Below, piece after piece: positions 10,357 to 19,379 of a stretch of DNA of 64,000 nt. The notes below the pieces were generated by a model. It was given only the letters and a program-made list of their open reading frames with translations, had not been told where the DNA came from and made no database searches. The DNA is from Parcubacteria group bacterium Gr01-1014_20 (GTDB taxonomy: Bacteria > Patescibacteriota > Minisyncoccia > UBA6257 > 2-01-FULL-56-20): the NCBI GenBank assembly GCA_007376265.1, contig VMFW01000001.1:2455-66454 (forward strand). Direction: 5' to 3'. The position numbers and the translations under genes were made by a program. Numbering within the stretch: position 1 is the stretch's first letter; the number at the start of each line of letters is the position of its first letter.

Positions 10357-10791
10357 TTATCTGATTAATTTTATGATGACGTGTCTTTCTTTGCTTAAGC
10401 CCGCGCTTTCGGTAGTGACTTCGGGGTGAACAGCTAGCGCCATATGAATTAGGCGTCTCTCATAAGAGTTCATAACCGGAAGAGATATGTTCTCGCCGGT
10501 AGCTAAGACTTTTTTAGCGGCGGCCTTGGCGAGTTCAACAATAAGGTTTTCTCGCTCCTGGCGATAATTGTTCACGTCGAAGACCGGGGGTGTTTGCCCG
10601 CCTCTTTTCGCGGCCATCTGAATTACATAGTTCAGGCTCTCAACGATTTGCGCGAGGTTGTCCTTCACGAGGGTCGGACTGTCGTAAATAAAAACTAGCC
10701 CGCGGTTTCGTTCGTTGTCGATCTCGACCCTAAAGTCTTTAAAGCCGATTAACTCAATTGTTTTTTTCACGAATGTTTCCCAGTTCTCCAT
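10357..10791 (-). CDS. jag: Jag/KhpB-like R3H RNA-binding protein
   Basis: DVNNYRQER and MNSYERRLIH (R3H); downstream of yidC. Confidence 0.85.
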   Translation of the reverse strand: MENWETFVKKTIELIGFKDFRVEIDNERNRGLVFIYDSPTLVKDNLAQIVESLNYVIQMAAKRGGQTPPVFDVNNYRQERENLIVELAKAAAKKVLATGENISLPVMNSYERRLIHMALAVHPEVTTESAGLSKERHVIIKLIR

Positions 10792-11506
10792 GTTCTCGGT
10801 TGATTTTTTTGCTGATAACTTTTTGTTGAATAATGGTTACGAGCGAGGTGGTTAACCAGTAGAGCGCCACGGTGGCCGGGAGACCGGCAAGGACGATAAT
10901 CGTAAACCCGGGGGTAATAAAGACCATCTGGCGACCAATTTTCTCGGCCTTAGTCGCTTCGTGCCCCGGTTTCTGGGGGGGGAGGGATAGCTTAGCTTGA
11001 AAGTACTGGGCGAGAGCAGCCAAAATCAGAACTATAAAGTTATTTCCCACGATACTACTTTCTTTTAGGTTTATCAAGCCCAGGAAAGAAGTGTTTAAAT
11101 CTACCGGCGCTTTCACAAAACTATAAAGCTCGGCGAACGTTTCGGGGGTGAAGCTCGATCGGGCGATTTGGAAAAGGGCGATGATGACCGGCATTTGAAC
11201 CAAGAGGATGAGAATGCCAGAGAAAGGTTTGACGTTATGTTCTTTGTAGAGCTCCATTGTGGCCTGGGCTTGTTTTTCGCGATTGCCTTTATGGACCTCT
11301 TGGGCTTTGCGAATTTTTGGCTGGAGCTTTTGCATTTCATTTTGATGACGGACATTTTTTTGAAAGAGCGGGTAAAGAATAATCCTAATGAAGATAGTGA
11401 GGAGAATAATGGCTAGACCAAAATTTTGGAATGCAACGGTGTTGTAAAAAAGGATTAGGATATTTAAAAGCGGCTCGTGGATTAAGTTGTTGTACAGTTC
11501 TATCAT
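10754..11506 (-). CDS. yidC: Membrane protein insertase YidC
   Basis: FGLAIILLTIFIRIILYPL, MQKLQPKI, LYKEHNVKP, LYWLTTS. Confidence 0.95.
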   Translation of the reverse strand: MIELYNNLIHEPLLNILILFYNTVAFQNFGLAIILLTIFIRIILYPLFQKNVRHQNEMQKLQPKIRKAQEVHKGNREKQAQATMELYKEHNVKPFSGILILLVQMPVIIALFQIARSSFTPETFAELYSFVKAPVDLNTSFLGLINLKESSIVGNNFIVLILAALAQYFQAKLSLPPQKPGHEATKAEKIGRQMVFITPGFTIIVLAGLPATVALYWLTTSLVTIIQQKVISKKINREHGELGNIREKNN

Positions 11507-11526
11507 TTTATTATTTTCCTCTCCGC

Positions 11527-11856
11527 TTACTTTGCTCTCTGGCTTTTCAATATCCCCCCTAAAAGTTCGGAGAGCTCGTCTTTGAGGGTAGGTTCGGGGT
11601 CGCTAGCTTTTTTGCTGTACACGAAAAGGATGTTTAGTCCGAGGTTGGGCCAACCCTTGAGGCCTTCGTAGATTTCTCGCTTCAAGGAGTGGCGTCTCAC
11701 CGCGCTTTTTTCAACCCGAGCGGCGATCGAAACTCCAAACCGGTTAAATTTTGATTGGTTTGGCCAAAATTTTAAAGTGAAATGCGTAGATCGAATAGAG
11801 TGGTGGCCACTGGATAAAAAATCTTCGGCTGAAAGCCGATATTTTTTAGCTAACAT
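11527..11856 (-). CDS. rnpA: Ribonuclease P protein component
   Basis: MLAKKYRL, RFGVSI, SAVRRHSLKR (RNR-like motif); synteny. Confidence 0.9.
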   Translation of the reverse strand: MLAKKYRLSAEDFLSSGHHSIRSTHFTLKFWPNQSKFNRFGVSIAARVEKSAVRRHSLKREIYEGLKGWPNLGLNILFVYSKKASDPEPTLKDELSELLGGILKSQRAK

Positions 11857-11866
11857 GGGTCCGCCG

Positions 11867-12001
11867 CTAAACGGTCAGCTTTTTTCTTCCTTTTGCTCGA
11901 CGCCGACTAAGCACGCGTCTTCCCCCGGGCTTTCTTTGTCGCTTTAGAAAACCGTGGGTTCTGGCTCTTTTTCTTTTTTTAGGCTGATATGTTCGTGACA
12001 T
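11867..12001 (-). CDS. rpmH: 50S ribosomal protein L34 (not in ORF track)
   Basis: Hand translation [44 protein letters not shown]. Confidence 0.97.
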   Translation of the reverse strand: MSRTYQPKKRKRARTHGFLKRQRKPGGRRVLSRRRAKGRKKLTV

Positions 12002-12152
12002 TTTCTGTTTGATTGCTTTATTCTAGATAGTAGCATACTATTTGTGGGGTGTAAATCGTTAGTGGTTGTTTTCAAAAAGTTTTCAACAAGTAATCCCCAC
12101 TCGGTCGTTAAAATTTCTTTGACGGGGGCCAAATAGAAACTAAACTATCAGT

Positions 12153-13517
12153 ATGGATTTAAATCAACTTTGGCAGTTAGCTTTAGAAGAGATGCGGGTT
12201 CAGCTTTCTAGGGCTAGTTTTGCGACCTGGCTCAAAAGTAGCCGCTTAGTTGATAGGAAAGAGGGGGTTTTTTACATCAGCCTTCCAAATGACTTTACAA
12301 AGCAGTGGATAGAAGAAAAATATCAGAAAAATATACTGGGAATTATCAGAAACCTTGATAGCTCAGCGAGGAAGCTCGAGTTTATCGTGGCGGGACACGA
12401 GCCAAAGATCATATCCAAACGAGACTTAGAGATTGATCTTAATCGGTTTGACAATCAGATAGACTTGGACTTCAAGGTAGACCCAGAAACCAACCTTAAT
12501 CCTCGATACACACTGAAGTCTTTCATTGTGGGATCTTCGAATGAGCTCGCGTATGCGGCGGCCTCGGCCATTGCCCAAGAGGTGGGCAAAAAATACAATC
12601 CTTTCTTTATCTATGGAGGGGTGGGCTTAGGCAAGACTCATTTAATCCAGGCGCTCGGAAATGAGATTGTGGCTATTTATAAGGGCAAAGTTAGGCCGAA
12701 GTATGTTTCTTCTGAAAAATTCACCAGCGATGTGGTTTGGGCGATCCGGAACAAGCGGATGGAGGATATTAAGAAGAAGTACCGGGACGTGGACGTTTTA
12801 ATAATTGATGATATTCAGTTCATTGGAGGTAAAGAGAAGACAGAGGAGGAATTTTTCCACACCTTCAACGCCCTCTACGAGAACAACAAGCAGATAATCA
12901 TTTCTTCCGACCGGCCACCTCAATCCCTCCCCACCCTTCAGGAGAGGCTTCGATCTCGGTTTGAGGGGGGACTAACGGCGGATATTGGTTACCCGGAATA
13001 CGAAATGCGGGTGGCAATCATTAACAACCGCCTCCAGGCTGGCGGAAGACAATTAGATGAGAAGGTGATCGATCTCGTGGCCAACTCAATAAAGAGAAAC
13101 ATAAGGGAACTAGAGGGGGTTTTGAATAAGATTTTATTTTACCAGGACAGAAAGGGGGTTCCGATTAGTGAGAAGATGGCGATCGAGATAGTCGAGAAGT
13201 CTACCCAGAACTTCTCTAAGCGAATAAGTGACGAACACATACTAAAAACGGTTGCCTCATTTTATAACGTTCAACTTGCCGATTTAGTGGGTCGTTCCCG
13301 GAAGAAGGAGATGGTGGAACCGCGACAGGTGACGATGTATTTGCTTCGGGATATCCTCCGGATGTCCTATCCATACATTGGGGAGAAGTTGGGGCGAGAT
13401 CACACAACAGTGATACACTCTTTTGAGAAGATAAACCACGAGATAAATAAGAATTCTCCCTTTAACCAGAAGATATTATTAATAAAAGAGGCTTTGTATA
13501 ACGGAAATAAACAGTAA
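12153..13517 (+). CDS. dnaA: Chromosomal replication initiator DnaA
   Basis: YNPFFIYGGVGLGKTHL, IDDIQF, EEFFHTFN, RELEG, GRDHTTVIH. Confidence 0.99.
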   Translation: MDLNQLWQLALEEMRVQLSRASFATWLKSSRLVDRKEGVFYISLPNDFTKQWIEEKYQKNILGIIRNLDSSARKLEFIVAGHEPKIISKRDLEIDLNRFDNQIDLDFKVDPETNLNPRYTLKSFIVGSSNELAYAAASAIAQEVGKKYNPFFIYGGVGLGKTHLIQALGNEIVAIYKGKVRPKYVSSEKFTSDVVWAIRNKRMEDIKKKYRDVDVLIIDDIQFIGGKEKTEEEFFHTFNALYENNKQIIISSDRPPQSLPTLQERLRSRFEGGLTADIGYPEYEMRVAIINNRLQAGGRQLDEKVIDLVANSIKRNIRELEGVLNKILFYQDRKGVPISEKMAIEIVEKSTQNFSKRISDEHILKTVASFYNVQLADLVGRSRKKEMVEPRQVTMYLLRDILRMSYPYIGEKLGRDHTTVIHSFEKINHEINKNSPFNQKILLIKEALYNGNKQ

Positions 13518-13663
13518 CCATTATTAAACAGGTTAATAACATGTTTTTTTACTTTTTGTTTTCAATTAAATAAAATTTCTCTTTGTTTGTGGGCGCCAAA
13601 AACCTTTTTATTTTTTTCTCCACAAGTTAACACCCTTAATAAAAATAATAATAATATTAATTT
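13518..13663. other. AT-rich dnaA-dnaN intergenic region, candidate oriC unwinding element
   Basis: DnaA-box-like TTCTCCACA at 13616-13624 followed by TAA/AAT trio-like repeats; skew does not obviously switch here (see findings). Confidence 0.4.
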
Positions 13664-14776
13664 ATGGAAGTAGTAGTTATTAGAAATAATTTAAAGGATG
13701 GTTTGGGAATTATTCAGGGCGCGGTTGGAGATAATTTAAAGTTACCGGTTTTAAAGTACGCCCTTTTTGAGGCGGAGGCAGATCGGATTCGGTTTACAGC
13801 AACCAATCTTGAGATTGCAATGACAAGTATTGTTTCCGGAAAAGTAATTGAGAAAGGGAGGGTGGGTATTCCAGTTCTAACACTTCTAAGTCTAATAAAT
13901 AATATTCAAACCGAGAGAATAAGCCTTCAGGGTAAAGGGGGCCAAGTTAATTTAAAAACCGACAACTATGAGGCTATGATTCAAACAATTTCCCCCGAGG
14001 AGTTTCCCACCATACCAAAGCTCAAAGAAAAAAAGCGATTTTTTGAGATTGAGGGGGGGGTTCTCCGAGATGCGTTAACTCAAGTGGTGGTGGCGACGCA
14101 GTTTTCTGAATTAAGGCCGGAGCTTAATAGTGTCCTCTTTGATTTTTCCATCGATAGTTTGAGGTTGGCGGCTACAGACAGCTTTAGGTTGGCCGAGAAA
14201 ACTATCCCCAACAGCCAATTTAAGACAAACCAAGAGGATAGCGTGAGACTACTAATCCCCCTCCGAACCTGTCATGAACTCTTGAGAGTCATTAAAGAAG
14301 ACCCCGTGCGCATATATTTTGAGAGCAACCAGATCCTTTTTGAGGCACAGTCGTTTGAGTTCATATCGAGGTTGATTGAGGGAAACTTTCCCGACTATAC
14401 CCAGGTTTTGCCCAAAAAATTCGGATCGGAGCTTGTTTTAAACAAAGAAAAATTTATAAACGCCGTGAAGCTGGCCGGGGTGTTTGGGGGTCAGAATAAC
14501 GAGGTTAGATTGAAAGTTCTAGACGGGGGGAAGGCGGTGGAACTAAAGTCGTCAAACCAAGATGTGGGTGAGAATCGTTATGTGCTTCCGGCCAAAGCGT
14601 CTCGCGAGACCGGGGAGGTAGTTTTCAATGGCAAGTACCTCTTGGATGCTCTCCGGGTTTTGAGAACCGAAGAGGTTTTTTTGGGGGTTAATGAGGAAGA
14701 AAGAAGAGCCACCCTCCTCAAATCACCAAACGAGAGTTCTTATTTCTATATTTTAATGCCCATTCTTAAGGCCTAG
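13664..14776 (+). CDS. dnaN: DNA polymerase III beta clamp
   Basis: ATNLEI, ATDSFRLAE, SRLIEGNFPDY, FNGKYLLDAL, YILMPI. Confidence 0.98.
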   Translation: MEVVVIRNNLKDGLGIIQGAVGDNLKLPVLKYALFEAEADRIRFTATNLEIAMTSIVSGKVIEKGRVGIPVLTLLSLINNIQTERISLQGKGGQVNLKTDNYEAMIQTISPEEFPTIPKLKEKKRFFEIEGGVLRDALTQVVVATQFSELRPELNSVLFDFSIDSLRLAATDSFRLAEKTIPNSQFKTNQEDSVRLLIPLRTCHELLRVIKEDPVRIYFESNQILFEAQSFEFISRLIEGNFPDYTQVLPKKFGSELVLNKEKFINAVKLAGVFGGQNNEVRLKVLDGGKAVELKSSNQDVGENRYVLPAKASRETGEVVFNGKYLLDALRVLRTEEVFLGVNEEERRATLLKSPNESSYFYILMPILKA

Positions 14777-14800
14777 GGCATTGGGGCGGTGCAGGGCAAT

Positions 14801-17206
14801 TTATCTATATATGATAACCCCCTCTTTGCTTCTGGCGGTTTTTTCATCAATAACTTCGATTTCGAGCAGGTTTTGGGCTTCTAGTTGCAGGGAGCTTAGC
14901 TGTAGGGAGAAGCTGTAGTTTTGTCCATAGGCTCCTGAGTTTTTGTAGACCAACTTACCATTTAAATAAACATTGATTTCTACTATGTTCGCTCCCGAGG
15001 TAAGGTTGGCTTGAAGGTTGATTTGGCTTGAGACGAATGACCCAACGCTTGGGCTGGTGATTTTGATTTGAGGAGCGTATGAAGCGCTAGGATTTGCTGT
15101 TGGTAAAATTCCTGGCTGGTTGTAGAGGGTGAAATCAGAAAGGTTTTTCTGGGCCCAATCAATGACTCCCGCCTCCCAGTTTTTAAATTGAGGATCTCTT
15201 CCTGGATCCTCGGGATATGGACCATCAGGGTTTTCCCGGTCAACGTAGTAGAGAATTGAGTGGATGACCTTGTTGTTTAGGTAGTCTCCTCGCAAGACCG
15301 GTTTTTGGGGAGTGGGGGTTTCGGGCTTGGTGAAGGTTTCAAGGGGCGAGTCTTTTAGGGCTTCACTCATAAACGCGTGCCAGATTGGTATGGCGGCTAA
15401 GATGCTTGAACCCCGCTTCTCCATCGGGGAGCTATCATTGTTTCCCGCCCAGACGCCCGTGACGAGGGTGGGGGTGTAGCCGAACGCCCAAGCGTCACGA
15501 TAGTCGTTCGAGGTTCCAGTTTTAAGAGCGACATCTTGGTTGAGGATGAGGGTGAGATAAAGGCTACTATGGTAGAGCCCAGCTCTTGCGTCTATGTCCG
15601 AGAGGATGTCGTTTACCATTCTTGGGTAGAGAGGGTCAACAACGACCTTGCTCTCTTCCCTAAACTGTTCAAGAACATTTCCTTTGTGATCACTAATTTC
15701 AAGAATGAATGTTTGGGGATGACTTTCGCCATCCTGGGAGAGGGTGGAGTAGGCGCCAACCATATCAATCAAGCGGACCTCTCCCCCACCCAAGACGAGC
15801 GACAAGCCATATCTTTTTGGGTCGGTGAGGGTAGAGATGTTAAAAGCGTTAGCGGTCGCGATGGCGTTTTTTAATCCCACTAGGTAGAGGGTTTTAACCG
15901 CTGGGATGTTAACAGATTGGGCGAGAGCATTTCTCAGACTTATCGGGCCACGGAAGGTTCCATCGAAATTTTCTGGGGTGTAAGCTTTTTCGGGGTTTTC
16001 CGAGGTGTCAAAATTGGTTGGAACATCGAACAAGACGGTGCTTGGGGTATAACCTTTTTCGAAAGCCGCTAAATAAACAAAAGGTTTCAGGGCGGAGCCA
16101 GGTTGTCTTAGGCCCTGGGTAGCCACATTGAAGTTTCCCTCGTTCGCGGTATCAAAGTAGTCCCTCGATCCAACAAGCGCCAGGATCTGCCCGGTTTTGG
16201 GGTCCTGGGTGGTCAAGGCGGCGTTTTTACCACTATAAAGCTCCTCATTCCTTTTTGCCCCCTCGAGAACCACCCGCTCAGCGATTTCTTGGAGTTCCCA
16301 GTCGAGAGTGGTGACCACCCTTAGTCCACCAGAGCGAACTAGATCCTCGCCGTATTTTTGAACAAGATAGTCTTGAACCGCAATTATAAAGTGAGGAGCC
16401 TTGATACCCTGGATTTGTTGGGGAGTGAAAACAATTTTCTCCTTTTTAGCGGCCTGAAGTTCTTTCTCGTCTATTTTTCCGAGCTCCCTCATTTTTTCTA
16501 ACACGAGGTCTTTTCTTCTTAGGAGTTCTTTCTGATGACTCCCCCAGGGCGAATAATAGCTTGGGGCTTTTGGTATGGCGGCAAGAATAGCGCTTTCGGG
16601 GAGAGTCAGGTCTTTTGCTGATTTGCTAAAATATGCCTGGCTAGCGGACTCTATGCCATAGAGGGTGGCGCCATAGGGAATTTCGTTGAGGTAGAGAGTT
16701 AAGATTTGGTCTTTGGGGAAGTGACGAGCTAGGCGAATAGCGAGGAAAAACTCTTTTATTTTTCGCGTGAAGGTTCGTTCGGTTGAAAGAAAGGCGTTCC
16801 GGGCAAGTTGTTGGGTGATCGTAGAGCCTCCCTGAAGGATTTTTCCTTTTGAGAGATTTACAAAGACCGCCCGGAGGATTCCGCGAACGCTAACACCCGG
16901 TTCGGTGTAGAAGTTTTCGTCTTCGATGGCGATCGTTGCATTTTTTAGGCTCTGAGGGATTTCTTCAAACAGGACGGAGGTTCTTTTTTGCCCATTAGAT
17001 ATTTCATAAAGGAGTACTTTTCCGGTTCGGTCAAAAATTTTGGTCGATTGAGGAATCTGCCGGTTAATAATTTGGTCGATTGAAGGGAGGGTTTTGTAGA
17101 GATAAATAAATGTTGCGGCAAGAATAAAAAGGCCACCGACGACAAAAGCGGAGAAGACCAAGATGAGGCGATGCCAATGTTTTTTGCGGGGTGTTTTTTT
17201 GCCCAT
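14801..17206 (-). CDS. Class A penicillin-binding protein (transglycosylase/transpeptidase) with C-terminal Ig-like domain
   Basis: EDENF, GGSTITQQLARN, RKIKE, SALK (SxxK), SVN, KTGT. Confidence 0.95.
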   Translation of the reverse strand: MGKKTPRKKHWHRLILVFSAFVVGGLFILAATFIYLYKTLPSIDQIINRQIPQSTKIFDRTGKVLLYEISNGQKRTSVLFEEIPQSLKNATIAIEDENFYTEPGVSVRGILRAVFVNLSKGKILQGGSTITQQLARNAFLSTERTFTRKIKEFFLAIRLARHFPKDQILTLYLNEIPYGATLYGIESASQAYFSKSAKDLTLPESAILAAIPKAPSYYSPWGSHQKELLRRKDLVLEKMRELGKIDEKELQAAKKEKIVFTPQQIQGIKAPHFIIAVQDYLVQKYGEDLVRSGGLRVVTTLDWELQEIAERVVLEGAKRNEELYSGKNAALTTQDPKTGQILALVGSRDYFDTANEGNFNVATQGLRQPGSALKPFVYLAAFEKGYTPSTVLFDVPTNFDTSENPEKAYTPENFDGTFRGPISLRNALAQSVNIPAVKTLYLVGLKNAIATANAFNISTLTDPKRYGLSLVLGGGEVRLIDMVGAYSTLSQDGESHPQTFILEISDHKGNVLEQFREESKVVVDPLYPRMVNDILSDIDARAGLYHSSLYLTLILNQDVALKTGTSNDYRDAWAFGYTPTLVTGVWAGNNDSSPMEKRGSSILAAIPIWHAFMSEALKDSPLETFTKPETPTPQKPVLRGDYLNNKVIHSILYYVDRENPDGPYPEDPGRDPQFKNWEAGVIDWAQKNLSDFTLYNQPGILPTANPSASYAPQIKITSPSVGSFVSSQINLQANLTSGANIVEINVYLNGKLVYKNSGAYGQNYSFSLQLSSLQLEAQNLLEIEVIDEKTARSKEGVIIYR

Positions 17207-17221
17207 ACGGTTAAAGTCTAT

Positions 17222-17262
17222 AAAAAAAACGAGCCCCGAACAACAATGCGCGGGGCGCGTTT
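17222..17262 (-). terminator. Intrinsic terminator after the small acidic ORF
   Basis: GCCCCG/CGGGGC stem followed by T8 on the minus strand. Confidence 0.6.
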
Positions 17263-17279
17263 CTTAGTAAATATTCTGT

Positions 17280-17426
17280 TTAAGGCGTTCCAGTTTCGTC
17301 TTCGAGGTCATCTTCGTCTAGCGAGGGGCTGTCGAGTGTTTCCAACTCTTCCTCCTCTCCAGTTTCGTCGCTTAAGAGATTTTCGTCCCAATCGCTCATG
17401 CGTAAGTCTTTAAGTTTACTATTCAT
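17280..17426 (-). CDS. Small highly acidic protein, 48 aa (not in ORF track)
   Basis: Hand translation MNSKLKDLRMSDWDENLLSDETGEEEELETLDSPSLDEDDLEDETGTP*; fills the intergenic gap and has its own terminator. Confidence 0.55.
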   Translation of the reverse strand: MNSKLKDLRMSDWDENLLSDETGEEEELETLDSPSLDEDDLEDETGTP

Positions 17427-17546
17427 AAAGGAACTCAATTTTCCGACCTTTGCTTAGCGTCGGGGCTGGAAGAGCTCGTTTCCGCCCGACGTAAGACTGA
17501 TTTTTCAGGATTTTGCTAATTTTGAGAAAAGTATATTTCTATTTGC

Positions 17547-18032
17547 TTATTTGTCAACCGGGGATAACCGCCGGGCCGAAGTAGCTAGGATCGCTAAGGC
17601 AAGAGCGTCCGTCACGTCGTCAATAACCCGTAACCCCGGCTCACCCAAGGTTAGCCTAACCATTTTGGCTACTGCTTTTTTATCAGCGAGGCCGTAGCCG
17701 GTAATGCCAAGCTTCATCTCATTAGGAGAGAACTCCCTCACTAATAAGTTGTTTTCGGCCGCACAGAGCAAAAGAACTCCCCTGCTTTCAGAGACCGCAA
17801 GGGCAGTTTTCTGGTTTTTTGAGAAATAAAGTTTCTCTATACCAAGAACTTCAGGCTCGAACTTTTTTATGATTGCTTCGAGTTCGTCTCTAATTTCCTT
17901 GTAGGCGATTGCTTTCGAGGAAGAGGTTATCTGAAGGAGGCCGGCTTTAATCATGGTCGTTTTCCCAAGGGACTGTTCGACCAAACCATACCCGACTCGT
18001 TTAAATCCCGGATCGATTCCTAGGGCAATCAT
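17547..18032 (-). CDS. ruvC: Holliday junction resolvase RuvC
   Basis: LGIDPG, IEKLYF, ESRGV, TGYGLADK, DDVTDALALA. Confidence 0.97.
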   Translation of the reverse strand: MIALGIDPGFKRVGYGLVEQSLGKTTMIKAGLLQITSSSKAIAYKEIRDELEAIIKKFEPEVLGIEKLYFSKNQKTALAVSESRGVLLLCAAENNLLVREFSPNEMKLGITGYGLADKKAVAKMVRLTLGEPGLRVIDDVTDALALAILATSARRLSPVDK

Positions 18033-18583
18033 TTGGTGACGGTAAGATTTGGGTTTGAAAAGACCGATTGGATGTCGCTGTGTTTTTCGATGGCAGTGAC
18101 GAGTTTTTCAAGATCTAACCTGTCACCTTCTCTTAGTTCGTGATTGAACTTGGGACGCCACTCAGGGTCGTTTCCATCCTCGTTTTTATCAAAGGTCCAG
18201 AGCACGCTTCCTGGATTGGCCCACTTACCCTTGTTGTCACCGATGATTTTTTTAACTTCGGCAACAGTTCGGTTGCGGTTGTCGGTGATTGCTTCGATCA
18301 GGATAGGGGCGCCACCTGGCCCGTAGGCCTCGAGGAGGAGCTCTTCTAGATTTTGATTTTCTTCCGAGGCGCGCTTAATAGCTCGATCGATGTTTTCGTT
18401 CGGGACGCTAAAGTTTTTTGCTTTTTGAACGGCGGTTTTTAAGCGAGGATTAAAATTAGGATTTACGTCTGACTTGGCGGCGATAGAGATGGCGTTTAGG
18501 AGTTTCGAAAAAAGCTGTCCGCGTTTTTGATCAACAATATTTTTTCGATGTTTTATTTGTGTCCATTTATTGTGCCCGGCCAT
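18029..18583 (-). CDS. yebC: YebC/PmpR family protein (short CPR form)
   Basis: MAGHNKWTQIKHRK, NPRL, EAYGPGG, TDNRNRT. Confidence 0.95.
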   Translation of the reverse strand: MAGHNKWTQIKHRKNIVDQKRGQLFSKLLNAISIAAKSDVNPNFNPRLKTAVQKAKNFSVPNENIDRAIKRASEENQNLEELLLEAYGPGGAPILIEAITDNRNRTVAEVKKIIGDNKGKWANPGSVLWTFDKNEDGNDPEWRPKFNHELREGDRLDLEKLVTAIEKHSDIQSVFSNPNLTVTK

Positions 18584-18650
18584 ATCAAATGAATTATGCA
18601 GAACAGATTAGAAATTAGGAAGAGGGCGCCCGCGGTTCTGACCAGGTTTT

Positions 18651-19088
18651 TTAGTACCAAGCCGAAATATTCGGGTAGTGATTTATAACACAATTTTTAT
18701 CGATATTTGTCAATATTGGCTTTGGTTTCTTTTCACCGGTTAATTTTATAGCGATAAGATCAATCTGCCAACCGAGCGGTGAGTTGGTTAGGTGCTTGTG
18801 GCGGTTGAAAAAGTACTCACAAGTTTTTTCAAGTTTTTTGAGTTTAGAGCGACTCAGGTTGTCTTCTGGGCTAAGGTCGTTGCCTGATTCATTGCCGCTT
18901 GGTTCTTGCCGAATTGTTTTTACTTCAAAGAAGATCACTTTTCCCTCTTTTGATTTTGCAATAATATCAATTTCTCCCCACGGCCGACTAAAGTTTTTTG
19001 TGATTATTTTATACCCAAGCCTGGTTACAAATCTTTCAGCTAAAACTTCTCCGTCTTTGCCGATTTGTAGATGTTTAGCGCTAAACAT
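18651..19088 (-). CDS. yraN: YraN family (UPF0102) PD-(D/E)XK-like putative endonuclease
   Basis: GKDGE.LA..F, GEIDIIA, FFEVKT. Confidence 0.9.
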   Translation of the reverse strand: MFSAKHLQIGKDGEVLAERFVTRLGYKIITKNFSRPWGEIDIIAKSKEGKVIFFEVKTIRQEPSGNESGNDLSPEDNLSRSKLKKLEKTCEYFFNRHKHLTNSPLGWQIDLIAIKLTGEKKPKPILTNIDKNCVINHYPNISAWY

Positions 19089-19339
19089 AGGTAACTCAAT
19101 ATTAGCAAAAAAATTAGCTTTTTTAAGCTTATCAGCTTAGGTCGGTTTTTCTCAGTGTTTAGCGCTAAACACTGTTTTTAGTGATTTTCGGCTTTTTCTA
19201 GGTTTTACAAGGCTACTGGGTTACTGGCGATATCTGAATGTTTAGCGCTAAACATTATTTTACGAGCAATTTAGTTTTATCTAGGTTTTACTTGACTATT
19301 GGGTTCTTCGGCCAGTATTAATGTTTAGCGCTAAACATT
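19071..19339. repeat. Array of four perfect palindromes TGTTTAGCGCTAAACA with 83-84 bp period
   Basis: Cores at 19072-19087, 19156-19171, 19239-19254, 19322-19337. Confidence 0.97.
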
Positions 19340-19379
19340 GTTTTTGCTCTATGGGTGCTTTTGGTTATAATTGCTAGAT

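Noticed and set aside
11944-12132. 62-aa ORF from the track
   Set aside because: It overlaps rpmH in another frame; rpmH is the real gene.
17171-17413. 80-aa plus-strand ORF
   Set aside because: It is antisense to the PBP start and the small acidic ORF and crosses a terminator; no motif.
19071-19339. CRISPR array interpretation of the palindrome array
   Set aside because: The repeat is only 16-22 bp and a loopless perfect palindrome, the spacers are 67-68 bp and partly homologous to each other, and no cas genes are present.
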